DNA from: a virus
Lineage: Duplodnaviria; Caudoviricetes
DNA length: 64,000 nucleotides
Direction: 5' to 3' (one strand)
Virus record (IMG/VR): IMGVR_UViG_3300037722_000889
Location: 1-64,000 of that record
Positions 18,724-27,831 of the stretch are shown in pieces. The translations under genes were made by a program, and so were the position numbers. Each line of letters opens with the position of its first letter. The stretch's first letter is position 1. The notes under the pieces were generated by a model. It saw only the letters and a program-made list of their open reading frames with translations, ran no database searches and was not told where the DNA came from.

Positions 18724-19119
18724 TTAGTTAAGGTCGTAGTAGTACTCTCCGTCCGCCATGAACAGTCGACCAGTGTTCCGGCCTGCCTCCGCCTCTGCTT
18801 CGTACTCCTGCCAGCTCCACTCCCCGACGGGGTGGTCCGAGAATTCCCGCATGTCGCCGGAGATCAGTTGGATGAACAGGGCGTTCAGCTGTTGGTCGCT
18901 CCAGCCCGAGATTTCCTCGTCATCCCACGCGCCGAAGCCACGAACGTGGTCGCGCAGAGCCTCCCGCTCGTCATCGGTGGTCAGCAACTGGCTGTCTAAG
19001 GCTTCTTCCATGGCCGCGCGCCATGTGCGCGGCCCTGCCATGTCTCCGATCTCTGCCACGCTCGCCGAGAAATCCTTCGGCGTGCACTCCTTCACGAACT
19101 TCGTAATGTTGATCTCCAT
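18724..19119 (-). CDS. Hypothetical acidic protein
   Basis: 131 aa; stop codon overlaps the 18707 palindrome. Confidence 0.75.
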   Translation of the reverse strand: MEINITKFVKECTPKDFSASVAEIGDMAGPRTWRAAMEEALDSQLLTTDDEREALRDHVRGFGAWDDEEISGWSDQQLNALFIQLISGDMREFSDHPVGEWSWQEYEAEAEAGRNTGRLFMADGEYYYDLN

Positions 19120-19127
19120 GCTCCCTC

Positions 19128-19352
19128 CTAAAGGTCAGCTGTAGCCATGATCTGGGATACCGTGGTGTCGTAGGTCCTCGCCAACATGATCACGGTGTCC
19201 AGGCAGTAACGGTTGTCCTGCGTACCGTTCTCCAGCACGCTCAGCCACCCCTGACTGATGCCGGTCATCTCTTGCACCTGCATCTGGGTCAGCTTTGCCT
19301 GGGTGCGGTAGAACCTCAGCGCCGCGCCCATCTTCTCGTTCCACGGCCTCAT
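19128..19352 (-). CDS. XRE-family HTH regulator
   Basis: LRFYRTQAKLTQMQVQEMTGISQGWLSVLENG is a cro/cI-type HTH; ATGA overlap. Confidence 0.88.
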   Translation of the reverse strand: MRPWNEKMGAALRFYRTQAKLTQMQVQEMTGISQGWLSVLENGTQDNRYCLDTVIMLARTYDTTVSQIMATADL

Positions 19353-19564
19353 GCGACGACGACCTCCGCTTCGGTTTCGATCCACACCTTGGCCCCGCAG
19401 GGCAGCGGGTTGTCCGGCCGGTACACGATCTTGCACGGCCCGTTGACCGTGACCTCGTGGCCGTAGCGGTTGGCCTTGTAGTCCTTCACCGTGATCACGG
19501 GCAGGGCAGCGCCCTTGGCGTTGGCCTTGATGTTGTGCTGGTTCACGTGGATGCGGCTTTTCAT
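19349..19564 (-). CDS. Conserved phage hypothetical protein
   Basis: MKSRIHVNQHNIKAN...PLPCGAKVWIET. Confidence 0.8.
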   Translation of the reverse strand: MKSRIHVNQHNIKANAKGAALPVITVKDYKANRYGHEVTVNGPCKIVYRPDNPLPCGAKVWIETEAEVVVA

Positions 19565-20478
19565 GCGGCCTCCTGCACGGCGTTGAGCAGGTCGGTGACG
19601 ACCGGCGGAGCCACGGCATTGCCCAGCACGAAGTTCGCCAGGGTCTTGCTCTTGGGCAGGATGTAGGAGGAGGGGAAGCCCATGATGGTCCGGGCCTCGG
19701 TCGGCTGGACCATGCGCATGCGATCCCCGTCGACCAGCATCCAGCGGGCCTTCGTGGTCAGGGTCCCGAGCGGGCGGTCCAGGCTTCTGCCGGTCTCCCC
19801 GGATCCTGATTTATAGAAGGGCGCCACGAACTGCTCCCCGAACCGGGCACGGCCTGCCGCGATGCGGCGCAGGGTGGCCTCGCTGCGGCCGGGCCGGTGG
19901 ATCGGGTTCCACCGGTGCTGGTCCCACTCAAGGACGTCCCTGACGGGCGTGTGAGGCCGCCTGGGCAGCGCCAGCTTCAGCGGGTGCTGGGAGCGGGTGC
20001 AGACCAGGAACAGCCGCTCCCGGTGCTGGGGCACGCCGTGGTCCGCGGCGTCGAGGACGTGCGGCGAGATGGCATAGCCCAGGGCTTCCATTGCAGCGGC
20101 CCAGGCCGGGTACAACTTCCACTGGAGGAAAGCCGGCACATTTTCAACAATAACCACTTTTTCCTTGTGGACTTCAGTGCAGGTGACCACTGCCCAGGCC
20201 GTGGCCCGGGCCGCATCATGGCTGGGCCGGTCCTTGCCGCGCGCCAGGGTGTGGCCGGTGCAGGACGGGGAGGCCAGCAGGATGTCGTGGGCCGGAACCT
20301 CGGTGAAGTTGGCCTGCTGGAGGTCCTGGCAGGCGTGGACGGTGCCTGGATGGTTCCAGGAATGGATGTGCACGGCTTCGGGCCAGTGGTTGGCAGCCCA
20401 GATGACATCGACGCCGGCCAGGGTGGCGCCGGTGGTGAACCCTCCAGCGCCGGCGAACAGATCGATTGCGGTTGGCAT
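19561..20478 (-). CDS. dcm: DNA cytosine-5 methyltransferase
   Basis: DLFAGAGG (motif I), ASPSC (IV variant), ENV (VI), QHRERLF (VIII), GNAV (X). Confidence 0.92.
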   Translation of the reverse strand: MPTAIDLFAGAGGFTTGATLAGVDVIWAANHWPEAVHIHSWNHPGTVHACQDLQQANFTEVPAHDILLASPSCTGHTLARGKDRPSHDAARATAWAVVTCTEVHKEKVVIVENVPAFLQWKLYPAWAAAMEALGYAISPHVLDAADHGVPQHRERLFLVCTRSQHPLKLALPRRPHTPVRDVLEWDQHRWNPIHRPGRSEATLRRIAAGRARFGEQFVAPFYKSGSGETGRSLDRPLGTLTTKARWMLVDGDRMRMVQPTEARTIMGFPSSYILPKSKTLANFVLGNAVAPPVVTDLLNAVQEAA

Positions 20479-20517
20479 TTCTTGTCTCCCTCATTGGAGT
20501 CAGTAGTTACGGTGCGG

Positions 20518-20904
20518 TCAGCCTTCGAATACTTCATCCAGGTTGATCGCAGCCCCGGTGATGAATTCCTGTGCAACGAACGCAGGCACACGATCACCGT
20601 TAGGCTGCGTGAGGTAGGTCAGAACGGTGTCATCGCACCCTTCGATGTCGTAGTCGAGCACGGCTACTTTGGGAGCGTGCGCGACGTGGTCGGAGATAAC
20701 CCCCTGTACGAGCCCGCCTTCCACTACAATCACAATCCGTGGCTCTGGAACCGGAGTCTCCTTCACGCTCCTTGCTTCGACTATGAGACGGCTCAAGGTA
20801 GTAACGGCGTCATCGTTCTCCATGAGGAACTCGGTGCCGTCCTCTAGTTCCTCGCCGTCGTAGTTCATCCTTGCTATCGTCTGTACCAGATCACTCGGAG
20901 TCAT
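20518..20904 (-). CDS. Hypothetical protein
   Basis: RIVIVVEGGLVQGV motif; ATGA overlap. Confidence 0.7.
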   Translation of the reverse strand: MTPSDLVQTIARMNYDGEELEDGTEFLMENDDAVTTLSRLIVEARSVKETPVPEPRIVIVVEGGLVQGVISDHVAHAPKVAVLDYDIEGCDDTVLTYLTQPNGDRVPAFVAQEFITGAAINLDEVFEG

Positions 20905-21116
20905 GACTGCTTCCTCCACAGGCTTTCATCCATTTCTGCCGCTGCACGGCGGCGAGTTGCCTTACGCTCTCGTTTCTCCTGGGCCTTCTTCAAGGCGGCG
21001 AGGTCCTCTTCAGTGGTCTGGCGCCGACCGGGCAGGGTGACCGGCTTGAACAGCCGGGTCACCGCCTCCGGCCCGGCCAGGCCGGCGAGCATGGCGAGCA
21101 ATTGCGGGGCCTGCAT
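20901..21116 (-). CDS. Hypothetical basic protein
   Basis: GGAGG SD; KKAQEKRERK motif. Confidence 0.65.
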   Translation of the reverse strand: MQAPQLLAMLAGLAGPEAVTRLFKPVTLPGRRQTTEEDLAALKKAQEKRERKATRRRAAAEMDESLWRKQS

Positions 21117-21727
21117 GCTGCCTCCTTGACCTTGGCCTTGGGCTTGCTGTTCAGGGCGGCCTTCACCTTGTCGTCGGTGACGGCGAGCGCCTTGGTCTGC
21201 GGCTCGATCTTGGGCAGGAAGCCCGCCAGGGACGGGTAGTTCTCCTGCACCTGCTTGTAGGTGGTACATCCGGCCAGGGCCTGGTTGACGGCGTCAACCA
21301 AGGTGCTCTTCTTGTCGGCGATCTTGGTGCCCTTTTCCACCAGCTTCATCAGCTCCTTGTAATCGGCGGAGCCTTCTTCCACCTTGAGATCCAGGCCGTA
21401 CTGCTCGTCGGCCACGCATCGGGTCTCGTTCAGCGGCCACCAGCGCGAGTGACACATGCTATGCACCGGATTGTTTTGCCGGCTCTGGCGCCTGCCCTGG
21501 TCGTCCTTATTGACGGGCCACACCGGGATTTCGCAGTAGTTGCGGGTGGAAAGCATGCCGGTGGGAGCGGCAGCGATCCAGGCCATGACTTCTGGTGGAT
21601 ACCGTTTCGCAGCCAGGGCGGCGGTGAAGACCTTGGCCTCTTCCACGAACGCTGCCTTCAGCGGCTCGATCTCCTTATCCAGGATGGCGGTCAGTACCTT
21701 CTTGCGGATTTCGTTGGTAAGTCTCAT
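21059..21727 (-). CDS. Nmad5-like (nucleotide-modification-associated) protein
   Basis: MRLTNEIRKKVL start and CTTYKQVQENYPSLAGFLP near the end resemble that family; recalled from memory, not searched. Confidence 0.55.
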   Translation of the reverse strand: MRLTNEIRKKVLTAILDKEIEPLKAAFVEEAKVFTAALAAKRYPPEVMAWIAAAPTGMLSTRNYCEIPVWPVNKDDQGRRQSRQNNPVHSMCHSRWWPLNETRCVADEQYGLDLKVEEGSADYKELMKLVEKGTKIADKKSTLVDAVNQALAGCTTYKQVQENYPSLAGFLPKIEPQTKALAVTDDKVKAALNSKPKAKVKEAACRPRNCSPCSPAWPGRRR

Positions 21728-21774
21728 TGCGGTTCCCTCATTGGAGTGATAGTTACGATCCTGACATGTCAGGA

Positions 21775-22197
21775 TCAGTCGATGGCCGAGAAGATGTCGG
21801 TCGCCTCGGGATGGTCGTAGGCGTACGCCATCAGGCGGTCGTAGGCGTTGCGGATGGCATCCGAATCGTGCCCGCTCCACATCAAGTGGTTAAAGGTGAA
21901 GATGCAGACGATAATGCCGGCCGCATCCGGACTGACATCGCCCCCGTAGCAGTTACCATCTACCTCGATGTGCAGCTTGCCATCCGACTTCGGATACATG
22001 TAGCCGCCGCCGTTGGACAGCTTGACGAACTCCCAGTACCCGCCCTTGTACCCTTCAATCAACCGTTCCGCCATGGAGTAGATGGCGTACTCGACGGTCA
22101 GCATTTCACCGCCAAACAGGCCCGGCAGGAAGTTCAAGCGATCGTGCTCGGCTACGTGGTCAGCAAAGACTTTCTGTTCTTCGATAGATTCATTCAT
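21775..22197 (-). CDS. klcA: ArdB/KlcA antirestriction protein
   Basis: RLNFLPGLFG, YKGGYWEF..LSNGGGYMYP, SPDAAGIIVC. Confidence 0.9.
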   Translation of the reverse strand: MNESIEEQKVFADHVAEHDRLNFLPGLFGGEMLTVEYAIYSMAERLIEGYKGGYWEFVKLSNGGGYMYPKSDGKLHIEVDGNCYGGDVSPDAAGIIVCIFTFNHLMWSGHDSDAIRNAYDRLMAYAYDHPEATDIFSAID

Positions 22198-22214
22198 GGC
22201 AATGCCCTCATTGG

Positions 22215-22388
22215 TTAAAATAACAGTTCATCCACGTAATCGGGCTCCAGCCCGTACTCGTACAGCAGCTCTTCAGGATCGTCGGACCCTTCAAGCACTT
22301 GCCGGCGCATGTCCTCGACCAGGTCGTTGGCTACTTCCCGTGATAGGCCGTCTCGACGCACCAAAATGTCAGCGATGGATTCCGTCAT
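22215..22388 (-). CDS. Hypothetical protein
   Basis: 57 aa, GGAGG SD, ends YGLEPDY..LLF. Confidence 0.7.
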   Translation of the reverse strand: MTESIADILVRRDGLSREVANDLVEDMRRQVLEGSDDPEELLYEYGLEPDYVDELLF

Positions 22389-22651
22389 GACGCTTCCTCC
22401 AGCGGCCGCCTGGTGCGGGCCAGCCTGTAGGGCGGGTTCGCAATAGACAGGTTGCGCCACTGCTCTATAGCCTGGTAAGCCCGTGTAAACTCCGGCGAGA
22501 CCTTCGTGCCTTCTTTCTCATATATTTCCATCGCCCGGTGCAGCCACCCATACGCTACGTGCAGCGCACTGATGGGGTCACTCTCCGTGCCGTGCTTGAG
22601 GCCGCATTCAATCGCCTTGGCCAGTTCCGTTAGTTCGTCTTTGCGTCTCAT
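22385..22651 (-). CDS. Hypothetical protein
   Basis: 88 aa, ATGA overlaps. Confidence 0.65.
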   Translation of the reverse strand: MRRKDELTELAKAIECGLKHGTESDPISALHVAYGWLHRAMEIYEKEGTKVSPEFTRAYQAIEQWRNLSIANPPYRLARTRRPLEEAS

Positions 22652-22809
22652 GACACGCCCCTCCAGAACCGCTGCTCGTGACGACGGCGCGCAGCCTTGC
22701 GCCACCGCTTCGTCAGGTAGGGAGGGACGTAGTCAGACACGAATGCCAGGAAGGCGAACGCAAGACACAGGACGGCGAGTACGCCGGAGACTACGAACAG
22801 TGTTGCCAT
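22648..22809 (-). CDS. Small single-TM protein (not in ORF track)
   Basis: MATLFVVSGVLAVLCLAFAFLAFVSDYVPPYLTKRWRKAARRRHEQRFWRGVS; GAGGAGG SD; ATGA overlap. Confidence 0.7.
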   Translation of the reverse strand: MATLFVVSGVLAVLCLAFAFLAFVSDYVPPYLTKRWRKAARRRHEQRFWRGVS

Positions 22810-22851
22810 TGGAACCTCCTCATTGAGGTGTGATCGGTCTAGAATCTAGAC

Positions 22852-23109
22852 CTACAGTTGATAGCGGTCGTAGTTGCGGATCGCGGTGCGCTCGACGTAG
22901 TTCTCGACGAGCTGGACTTCTTCCCCTGCCGCCTCCTTGGCCTGCCGGAAGAGGGATGCATCGCAATCCTCTTCAAGATACACCGTTTCCCCTCGCTGGT
23001 ACGAGTAGGACGAGACCTTGTCCAGCAGGTTGAGGCGGGCCAGCTCGCTGCGCTTCACGTGCAGCCAGCCGTGGCCGGGGTCGGATGTGAAATGGTACTT
23101 GGTTTTCAT
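22852..23109 (-). CDS. Conserved phage hypothetical protein
   Basis: SDPGHGWL...YLEEDCDA; stop abuts a TCTAGA palindrome. Confidence 0.8.
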   Translation of the reverse strand: MKTKYHFTSDPGHGWLHVKRSELARLNLLDKVSSYSYQRGETVYLEEDCDASLFRQAKEAAGEEVQLVENYVERTAIRNYDRYQL

Positions 23110-23525
23110 GCTGCTTCTCCAGTATTGAAGGGCAGGGTGTGGCCGTCCCCCAGGATCTCGTTGACGAACGCCAGGGCATCGAACCATTCCGGTTCCACGG
23201 TGTTGTCGTTGCGGGCGTCCCCGTCGGACGTGACCTCGATCAGGTCTCCCAGGCGGTGCTTGGCCACGATCAGGGCGGCACAGACTACGTGGTCGTAGGG
23301 GTAGCGGTTGGTCTTGCAGAACCCGCTGCTCTTGGTGGACTCGATAAAGAAGTCCTCGTACGCTTCGTCTCCTACCCCGTTCAGGAAGAAGTGACTCGCG
23401 CTGATGGCGAAGTCCAGCAGCATGCCGGGTTCATTGAGCACCAGCTTTTCGACGTCGAACACGAGCGCCGCCCAAACATCGCCCGGCACCTCCTGCTTCA
23501 CTTCCCAATAATGTGTGTATCCCAT
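23106..23525 (-). CDS. Conserved phage hypothetical protein
   Basis: MGYTHYW...FCKTNRYPYD...VTSDG. Confidence 0.8.
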   Translation of the reverse strand: MGYTHYWEVKQEVPGDVWAALVFDVEKLVLNEPGMLLDFAISASHFFLNGVGDEAYEDFFIESTKSSGFCKTNRYPYDHVVCAALIVAKHRLGDLIEVTSDGDARNDNTVEPEWFDALAFVNEILGDGHTLPFNTGEAA

Positions 23526-23536
23526 GGTGGTTCTCC

Positions 23537-23977
23537 TCAGTTAGTTTGAAACTCTGACATGCCAGACGGCTCGTGGTGTCCTTCCAATACCAGCAGACAA
23601 TAGTAATTGTCTGGGTCGCCTTCATAGTGGTGCAGCTTCGCGGCCGTGCGCTGAGCCAGCTCGACCACGGTGGCAAGGTCAACAGTGATCACCTGGACGT
23701 AGTACGTATCCTGCCCATAGTTGTCCGCCAAGTCATCCGGCAGCAGCAGCAGGACCGAGTACTTGCCTGCTTCGCTTTCCTGCTCTACCGGGGTTACGAC
23801 GTATTGCGTCGGCGCCGGCAGTTCCTCCTCTTCCTTGGGCTCGGCAGCCAGCCGGAACTGCAGTTCCAGCCCGGCATGCCGGGCCAAAACGGCCAGCTCA
23901 CGTACCGTAGTGTCTTCGTCCTGCAGCGCCTCGCCCAGTGCTGCCAGTTTCATGCCGTGGTCTTGAATGCTCGTCAT
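23537..23977 (-). CDS. Hypothetical protein
   Basis: 146 aa; last codons run through a decayed CATG palindrome. Confidence 0.7.
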   Translation of the reverse strand: MTSIQDHGMKLAALGEALQDEDTTVRELAVLARHAGLELQFRLAAEPKEEEELPAPTQYVVTPVEQESEAGKYSVLLLLPDDLADNYGQDTYYVQVITVDLATVVELAQRTAAKLHHYEGDPDNYYCLLVLEGHHEPSGMSEFQTN

Positions 23978-24192
23978 GCTGCTTCTCCTTTTGGGAATCG
24001 AAATTTGGTCAGCCACGCTGGGCCTTTGGTGTTCCTGATCTGCTGCAGGGTGGCAGCATCCGCCGCCGATACGTGCCAGCGGTAGTGGCCGGTGTTCCAG
24101 CTTTCACGCAAGCCAGCCTTCCATTGCCGACCGTATGCTTCGGCGAACCGCTGCAGGACGGCGAGTTCTTCGGTGCTGAGATCTTCGTTCAT
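23974..24192 (-). CDS. Hypothetical protein
   Basis: 72 aa; LQQIRNTKGPAWL motif. Confidence 0.75.
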   Translation of the reverse strand: MNEDLSTEELAVLQRFAEAYGRQWKAGLRESWNTGHYRWHVSAADAATLQQIRNTKGPAWLTKFRFPKGEAA

Positions 24193-24665
24193 GTTTTCTC
24201 TCCCACGTCAAACCCCTGTTCTTCCAGCAGTGCCCGCACCGTGGTCAAGTACCATTCACGAGTCTCTGCCTTGGACACGACGGTGACAGGCCGCTGCCCG
24301 ATACTCAGGGAATCGCGAACCCAGACCACCTGGTACTCCTCACTGTCGTGCTGGTCAGTGGTTACAAGACTGCCGATCGTGCCATTGACCAGAGACCAAC
24401 TGACCTGGTCAGCCGTTTCCTGCAGTAGATGAACGTAGGCGGCTACCCAGCGATTCTTGCCGTTCAGCGTCCAATGCCCGTGTACCCCCTCTACTTTAAG
24501 GTACACGCCTTCAGGGCGGCGGCGTGGAGCGCCGGGAATGTCCACGTAGACATGGATGGACTTGAACAGGTAAGAGACCTTCTCTACTGCCGGCATGAAT
24601 AACTGAGTATGCCGGATGTCTTGCCGGTAGCGGTTGTACTTGTCGACATACGCTTCACGGTTCAT
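24189..24665 (-). CDS. Hypothetical protein
   Basis: 158 aa, ATGA overlaps. Confidence 0.7.
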   Translation of the reverse strand: MNREAYVDKYNRYRQDIRHTQLFMPAVEKVSYLFKSIHVYVDIPGAPRRRPEGVYLKVEGVHGHWTLNGKNRWVAAYVHLLQETADQVSWSLVNGTIGSLVTTDQHDSEEYQVVWVRDSLSIGQRPVTVVSKAETREWYLTTVRALLEEQGFDVGEKT

Positions 24666-24868
24666 CGGCTCACCTCCTCGCTCAGGTATCGCAAACAGGT
24701 TTTGGCCAGGTCGAGCGCGACAGCAGGCCTGCCCAGCGCATTGGTGATGTAATCTATTACGTAGGGGATCTCGTAGACTCCCAGCTCACGCGCCTGCTGG
24801 TAGGCCTGCTTACGCTGGCCGTTGACCATGCTGGCGTAGATCTCGTCCATATCTGCACGTGTTGTCAT
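24662..24868 (-). CDS. Hypothetical protein
   Basis: 68 aa, GAGGAG SD. Confidence 0.7.
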   Translation of the reverse strand: MTTRADMDEIYASMVNGQRKQAYQQARELGVYEIPYVIDYITNALGRPAVALDLAKTCLRYLSEEVSR

Positions 24869-24879
24869 GCCCGTTCTCC

Positions 24880-25125
24880 TCAGTAGTTGACTCGCTTCAG
24901 GAACTCCTGGACTTCATCGGAGTCCAGCCAGTCCAGCTGTGCCTGGGTCAGGGCGGGCTCGTAGTTGTCTTCGTAGCTCGCCAATACCCCGCAATCGGTA
25001 GCCACGGCGTAACTCGCGAAGTACTTGCCGTCTCGCTCCACCCAGACCTGGTTGCCGGGCCGGTCGTCATTGGGCGCGGTAGTGAGGGTGAGGCCGTGCC
25101 TTTCCAGGCAATTCTCTTGATCCAT
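24880..25125 (-). CDS. Hypothetical protein
   Basis: 81 aa, GAGGAG SD. Confidence 0.7.
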   Translation of the reverse strand: MDQENCLERHGLTLTTAPNDDRPGNQVWVERDGKYFASYAVATDCGVLASYEDNYEPALTQAQLDWLDSDEVQEFLKRVNY

Positions 25126-25126
25126 G

Positions 25127-25540
25127 TCAGTTCTCCTCGGCCAGCACGAGTTCGTCGGGCACTTCGACCTCATCGCCGAGTTCGCTGGCGGCGTGGCAGC
25201 GCATGGCGGCTTCGAGGAGTGTTTTGCCATATTCAAATGCTCGCCATGCTATTGGGTGGCGCCCGTCCAGAATGGGCTCGTGCAGCGGATCAATGTATTT
25301 GTGGCCCCCGAGCCAGGCATAGAACAATCCGTTATGTTGATTCCAGCGCACACCTTCTCGCTCGATGATCGGGCCGCCAAACGACCAGTTGGACGAGTAT
25401 TCCGCCACTTGGTCCGGACCTATCTTGGTGATAAGCTCCCCTGCCAGAATTGTCCTACCTTCCGTCAAGCGAATGACTGCGCATTTCGCCACCGCCCAAT
25501 CAAGTGCGCGCCCTTTGAGTTCAGCGGTTTTGATTTTCAT
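25127..25540 (-). CDS. NinX/DUF2591-like phage protein
   Basis: MKIKTAELKGRALDWAVAK...YSSNWSFGGPIIERE...AAMRC..SELGDEVEVPDEL. Confidence 0.8.
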   Translation of the reverse strand: MKIKTAELKGRALDWAVAKCAVIRLTEGRTILAGELITKIGPDQVAEYSSNWSFGGPIIEREGVRWNQHNGLFYAWLGGHKYIDPLHEPILDGRHPIAWRAFEYGKTLLEAAMRCHAASELGDEVEVPDELVLAEEN

Positions 25541-25748
25541 ACCAGTTCTCCTCGCCGACCAGTACGGTCGGCATCCTGCTGTTGACGAACGGGCGGGCCT
25601 CGATGTCATCAGCACACTGCAGTAGGGCGATGGCGATCTGACGCGCCTCCTGCGGGGTGAAGTAGCCCTGGTCCACGTTGGGGCTGGCCAGGATGGTCAG
25701 GGCCGCCGTGCCGCGGAACCGGTAGATCTGTGCTCGACAGTGCAGCAT
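25521..25748 (-). CDS. Hypothetical protein
   Basis: 75 aa, GGAGG SD. Confidence 0.65.
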   Translation of the reverse strand: MLHCRAQIYRFRGTAALTILASPNVDQGYFTPQEARQIAIALLQCADDIEARPFVNSRMPTVLVGEENWYENQNR

Positions 25749-25760
25749 GGTTTCTGCCTC

Positions 25761-26009
25761 CTATGAGTGGTACGAGAAGAGGCGAGACTCTTCCCGGTAA
25801 ACGGCGCCGATGACGTACTCCCGGTCGCCCTCGGTCTGCGAGTAGTACGCGGTCAGGTCGCCGTCTCGATCTGTGATGATCTCGACGTGGCCGAACCCCT
25901 CGACACTCCAGGCTGACAGGTAGCCTACAGCCTCGAACACTGCCGACATCGGAATCTCGTGTTTCAGGCAGTGCTGGGCATAATCAACGCGGTGGATTAC
26001 GGTTCTCAT
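25761..26009 (-). CDS. Hypothetical protein
   Basis: 82 aa, GGAG SD. Confidence 0.7.
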   Translation of the reverse strand: MRTVIHRVDYAQHCLKHEIPMSAVFEAVGYLSAWSVEGFGHVEIITDRDGDLTAYYSQTEGDREYVIGAVYREESRLFSYHS

Positions 26010-26188
26010 GGCTTCTCCCTCCAGGCGTAGACCTGGGGTCGGTCGTACCGTTGCTCGTGCTCGTTCACCACTTCCACGGCATGTTTGGCGGATGCCAGGG
26101 TGAAGTGAGTTTCCAGCACGATGTCGGTTGCGGTGTTGTAGACCTCGTAATGGTCATGAGGGCTGATGGCGGGCGGGTTAGGTCTCAT
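26006..26188 (-). CDS. Hypothetical protein
   Basis: 60 aa, ATGA overlaps. Confidence 0.65.
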   Translation of the reverse strand: MRPNPPAISPHDHYEVYNTATDIVLETHFTLASAKHAVEVVNEHEQRYDRPQVYAWREKP

Positions 26189-26691
26189 ATCAGACCCCTT
26201 TCCGCGAAGCTCACGGTCTCGGTGCCGCCCACGACGATGTGATCCAGGACCCGCACGTCGATCAGGCGAGACGTATCCTGCAGCCGGCGGGTGAGGGTCT
26301 GGTCGGCCTGGCTGGGCTCCGGCACGCCAGACGGATGGTTGTGGTAGAGGATCACCGCGGCGCTGTTGTGCGCCAGCATGGACTTGGCCACCTCACGGGG
26401 GTACCCGCTGGCCCCGTCCAAGGTGCCGCGGAACAGCTGCTCGTCCTCGATCAGCCGGTGACGGTTGTCGAGATGGAGCATGCCGAACACTTCGTGCTCC
26501 AGCAGGGCGATGTGCATGATGAGGTGGTCCTTGACCATCTGCGGCGAGGACAACGGGTCGGTGGCGCGGGCCATGCGGTTCTGCAGGATGATCTTGGCCT
26601 GCTCGATGATGAGGTTGTCCGCCACGGCAGCCGGGGCCTGTGCCGGGAACAGCTGGTACGTGGGGGATGTTTCTGACTTGACTTTGTTCAT
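26185..26691 (-). CDS. radC: RadC-like JAB-domain protein
   Basis: EVFGMLHLDNRHRLI, HNHPSG, PSQAD, VLDHIVVG. Confidence 0.92.
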   Translation of the reverse strand: MNKVKSETSPTYQLFPAQAPAAVADNLIIEQAKIILQNRMARATDPLSSPQMVKDHLIMHIALLEHEVFGMLHLDNRHRLIEDEQLFRGTLDGASGYPREVAKSMLAHNSAAVILYHNHPSGVPEPSQADQTLTRRLQDTSRLIDVRVLDHIVVGGTETVSFAERGLI

Positions 26692-26745
26692 GGTGCTTCT
26701 CCTCAGTGAGAAGCGATCCTGACATGTCAGGATCGCGGTGGTTGG

Positions 26746-27066
26746 TTATCGGAACTGCATGCCGTCCAGGGTGTACACCCGCATGATCGGGCCGCGGGGA
26801 CTGTCCCAAAACACGGTGATCTTGTCGCCCTTCAGGTCCCAACAGCCGATGGTCACGTTATCGATGCCCTGGATGTGGGCGTATGCCAACAGCCGGTAGG
26901 GGCTGGAATCGAAGGGGCATTTGTCTTGGGTCATGACGATGTCCCCGCCGGCCTCGCTCTTGAAGTACGCCTCGTTGAAGTCCGCGGCATACGCCTTGGG
27001 CAGGAACACGAGAGCGAGTAGGGCGAACAGCAGGGCGGCGATGGTTACGGTAAGAATGGGCTTCAT
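26746..27066 (-). CDS. Secreted/periplasmic protein
   Basis: Sec signal peptide ending AYA-A; two Cys in the mature part. Confidence 0.7.
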   Translation of the reverse strand: MKPILTVTIAALLFALLALVFLPKAYAADFNEAYFKSEAGGDIVMTQDKCPFDSSPYRLLAYAHIQGIDNVTIGCWDLKGDKITVFWDSPRGPIMRVYTLDGMQFR

Positions 27067-27101
27067 TGCGGATCTCCTCAGTGAGATGGTTGGTCTAGAA
27101 T

Positions 27102-27350
27102 CTATACTGCGGTTTTGAACTCGACTTCCTGTTCCAGGCGGTTGATATTGACCGTGGTGATCAGTTTCGCGCCCGGAACTCTGGGTTGGAACCCGATGAT
27201 CTCGTACACCGATTTCTCGGGCAGCGGGATCTCGTACACGTACATGGTAGCGATCTCGCCCGTGTCCTTGGCGCGTTTCATCATGGCCTTGTCACGGTCT
27301 TCGTCCGTGGCCCAGCCGCAGAAGTCGATTGCGAGGTAGTGCTTTTTCAT
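27102..27350 (-). CDS. Hypothetical protein
   Basis: 82 aa; TAG stop lies inside a TCTAGA palindrome. Confidence 0.7.
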   Translation of the reverse strand: MKKHYLAIDFCGWATDEDRDKAMMKRAKDTGEIATMYVYEIPLPEKSVYEIIGFQPRVPGAKLITTVNINRLEQEVEFKTAV

Positions 27351-27369
27351 GGTGGTTCTCCTTGGTTGG

Positions 27370-27831
27370 TTAAAACTGTACGCGAGAGGATGTGGTTGCC
27401 TTCGGGCACAGGGCGGAATGACGAGGCCGGGGTGCCAGCTCCCGGATCTCGCCACTCAGCAGCCCCTCCAGGATTTCCTGAAACTCCTGCTCCGTTACCT
27501 GCTTCCGCTTTTCCCCGCGCAGACACATCACGTCGTCATGGAACAGCTGCAGCGCGCCGAGCTGTTCAACGGTCAGGCCTGTCTCTTGCTCGATGTCCTG
27601 TGGCCCGCCCGGTAAAGACCGGGCCAGCATGACGACTGAGGCGCCCTTTATCAGGTCGTCGCGGTGCATGAGATCCAGGGTAGGCCTGGACAGCATCGCC
27701 CCGACTACGCAGCAGCGCCCTTGTTCGTCCTCGTACACGCACTCTTCAAGGCGTTCAGACCAGGCCCATAGCCTGCCCTCCTTCAGCAGGTCGAGGGCCT
27801 TCTGAATGGACTGCCTTGCTTTATCGTTCAT
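27370..27831 (-). CDS. Hypothetical protein
   Basis: 153 aa, CAGGAG SD. Confidence 0.65.
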   Translation of the reverse strand: MNDKARQSIQKALDLLKEGRLWAWSERLEECVYEDEQGRCCVVGAMLSRPTLDLMHRDDLIKGASVVMLARSLPGGPQDIEQETGLTVEQLGALQLFHDDVMCLRGEKRKQVTEQEFQEILEGLLSGEIRELAPRPRHSALCPKATTSSRVQF

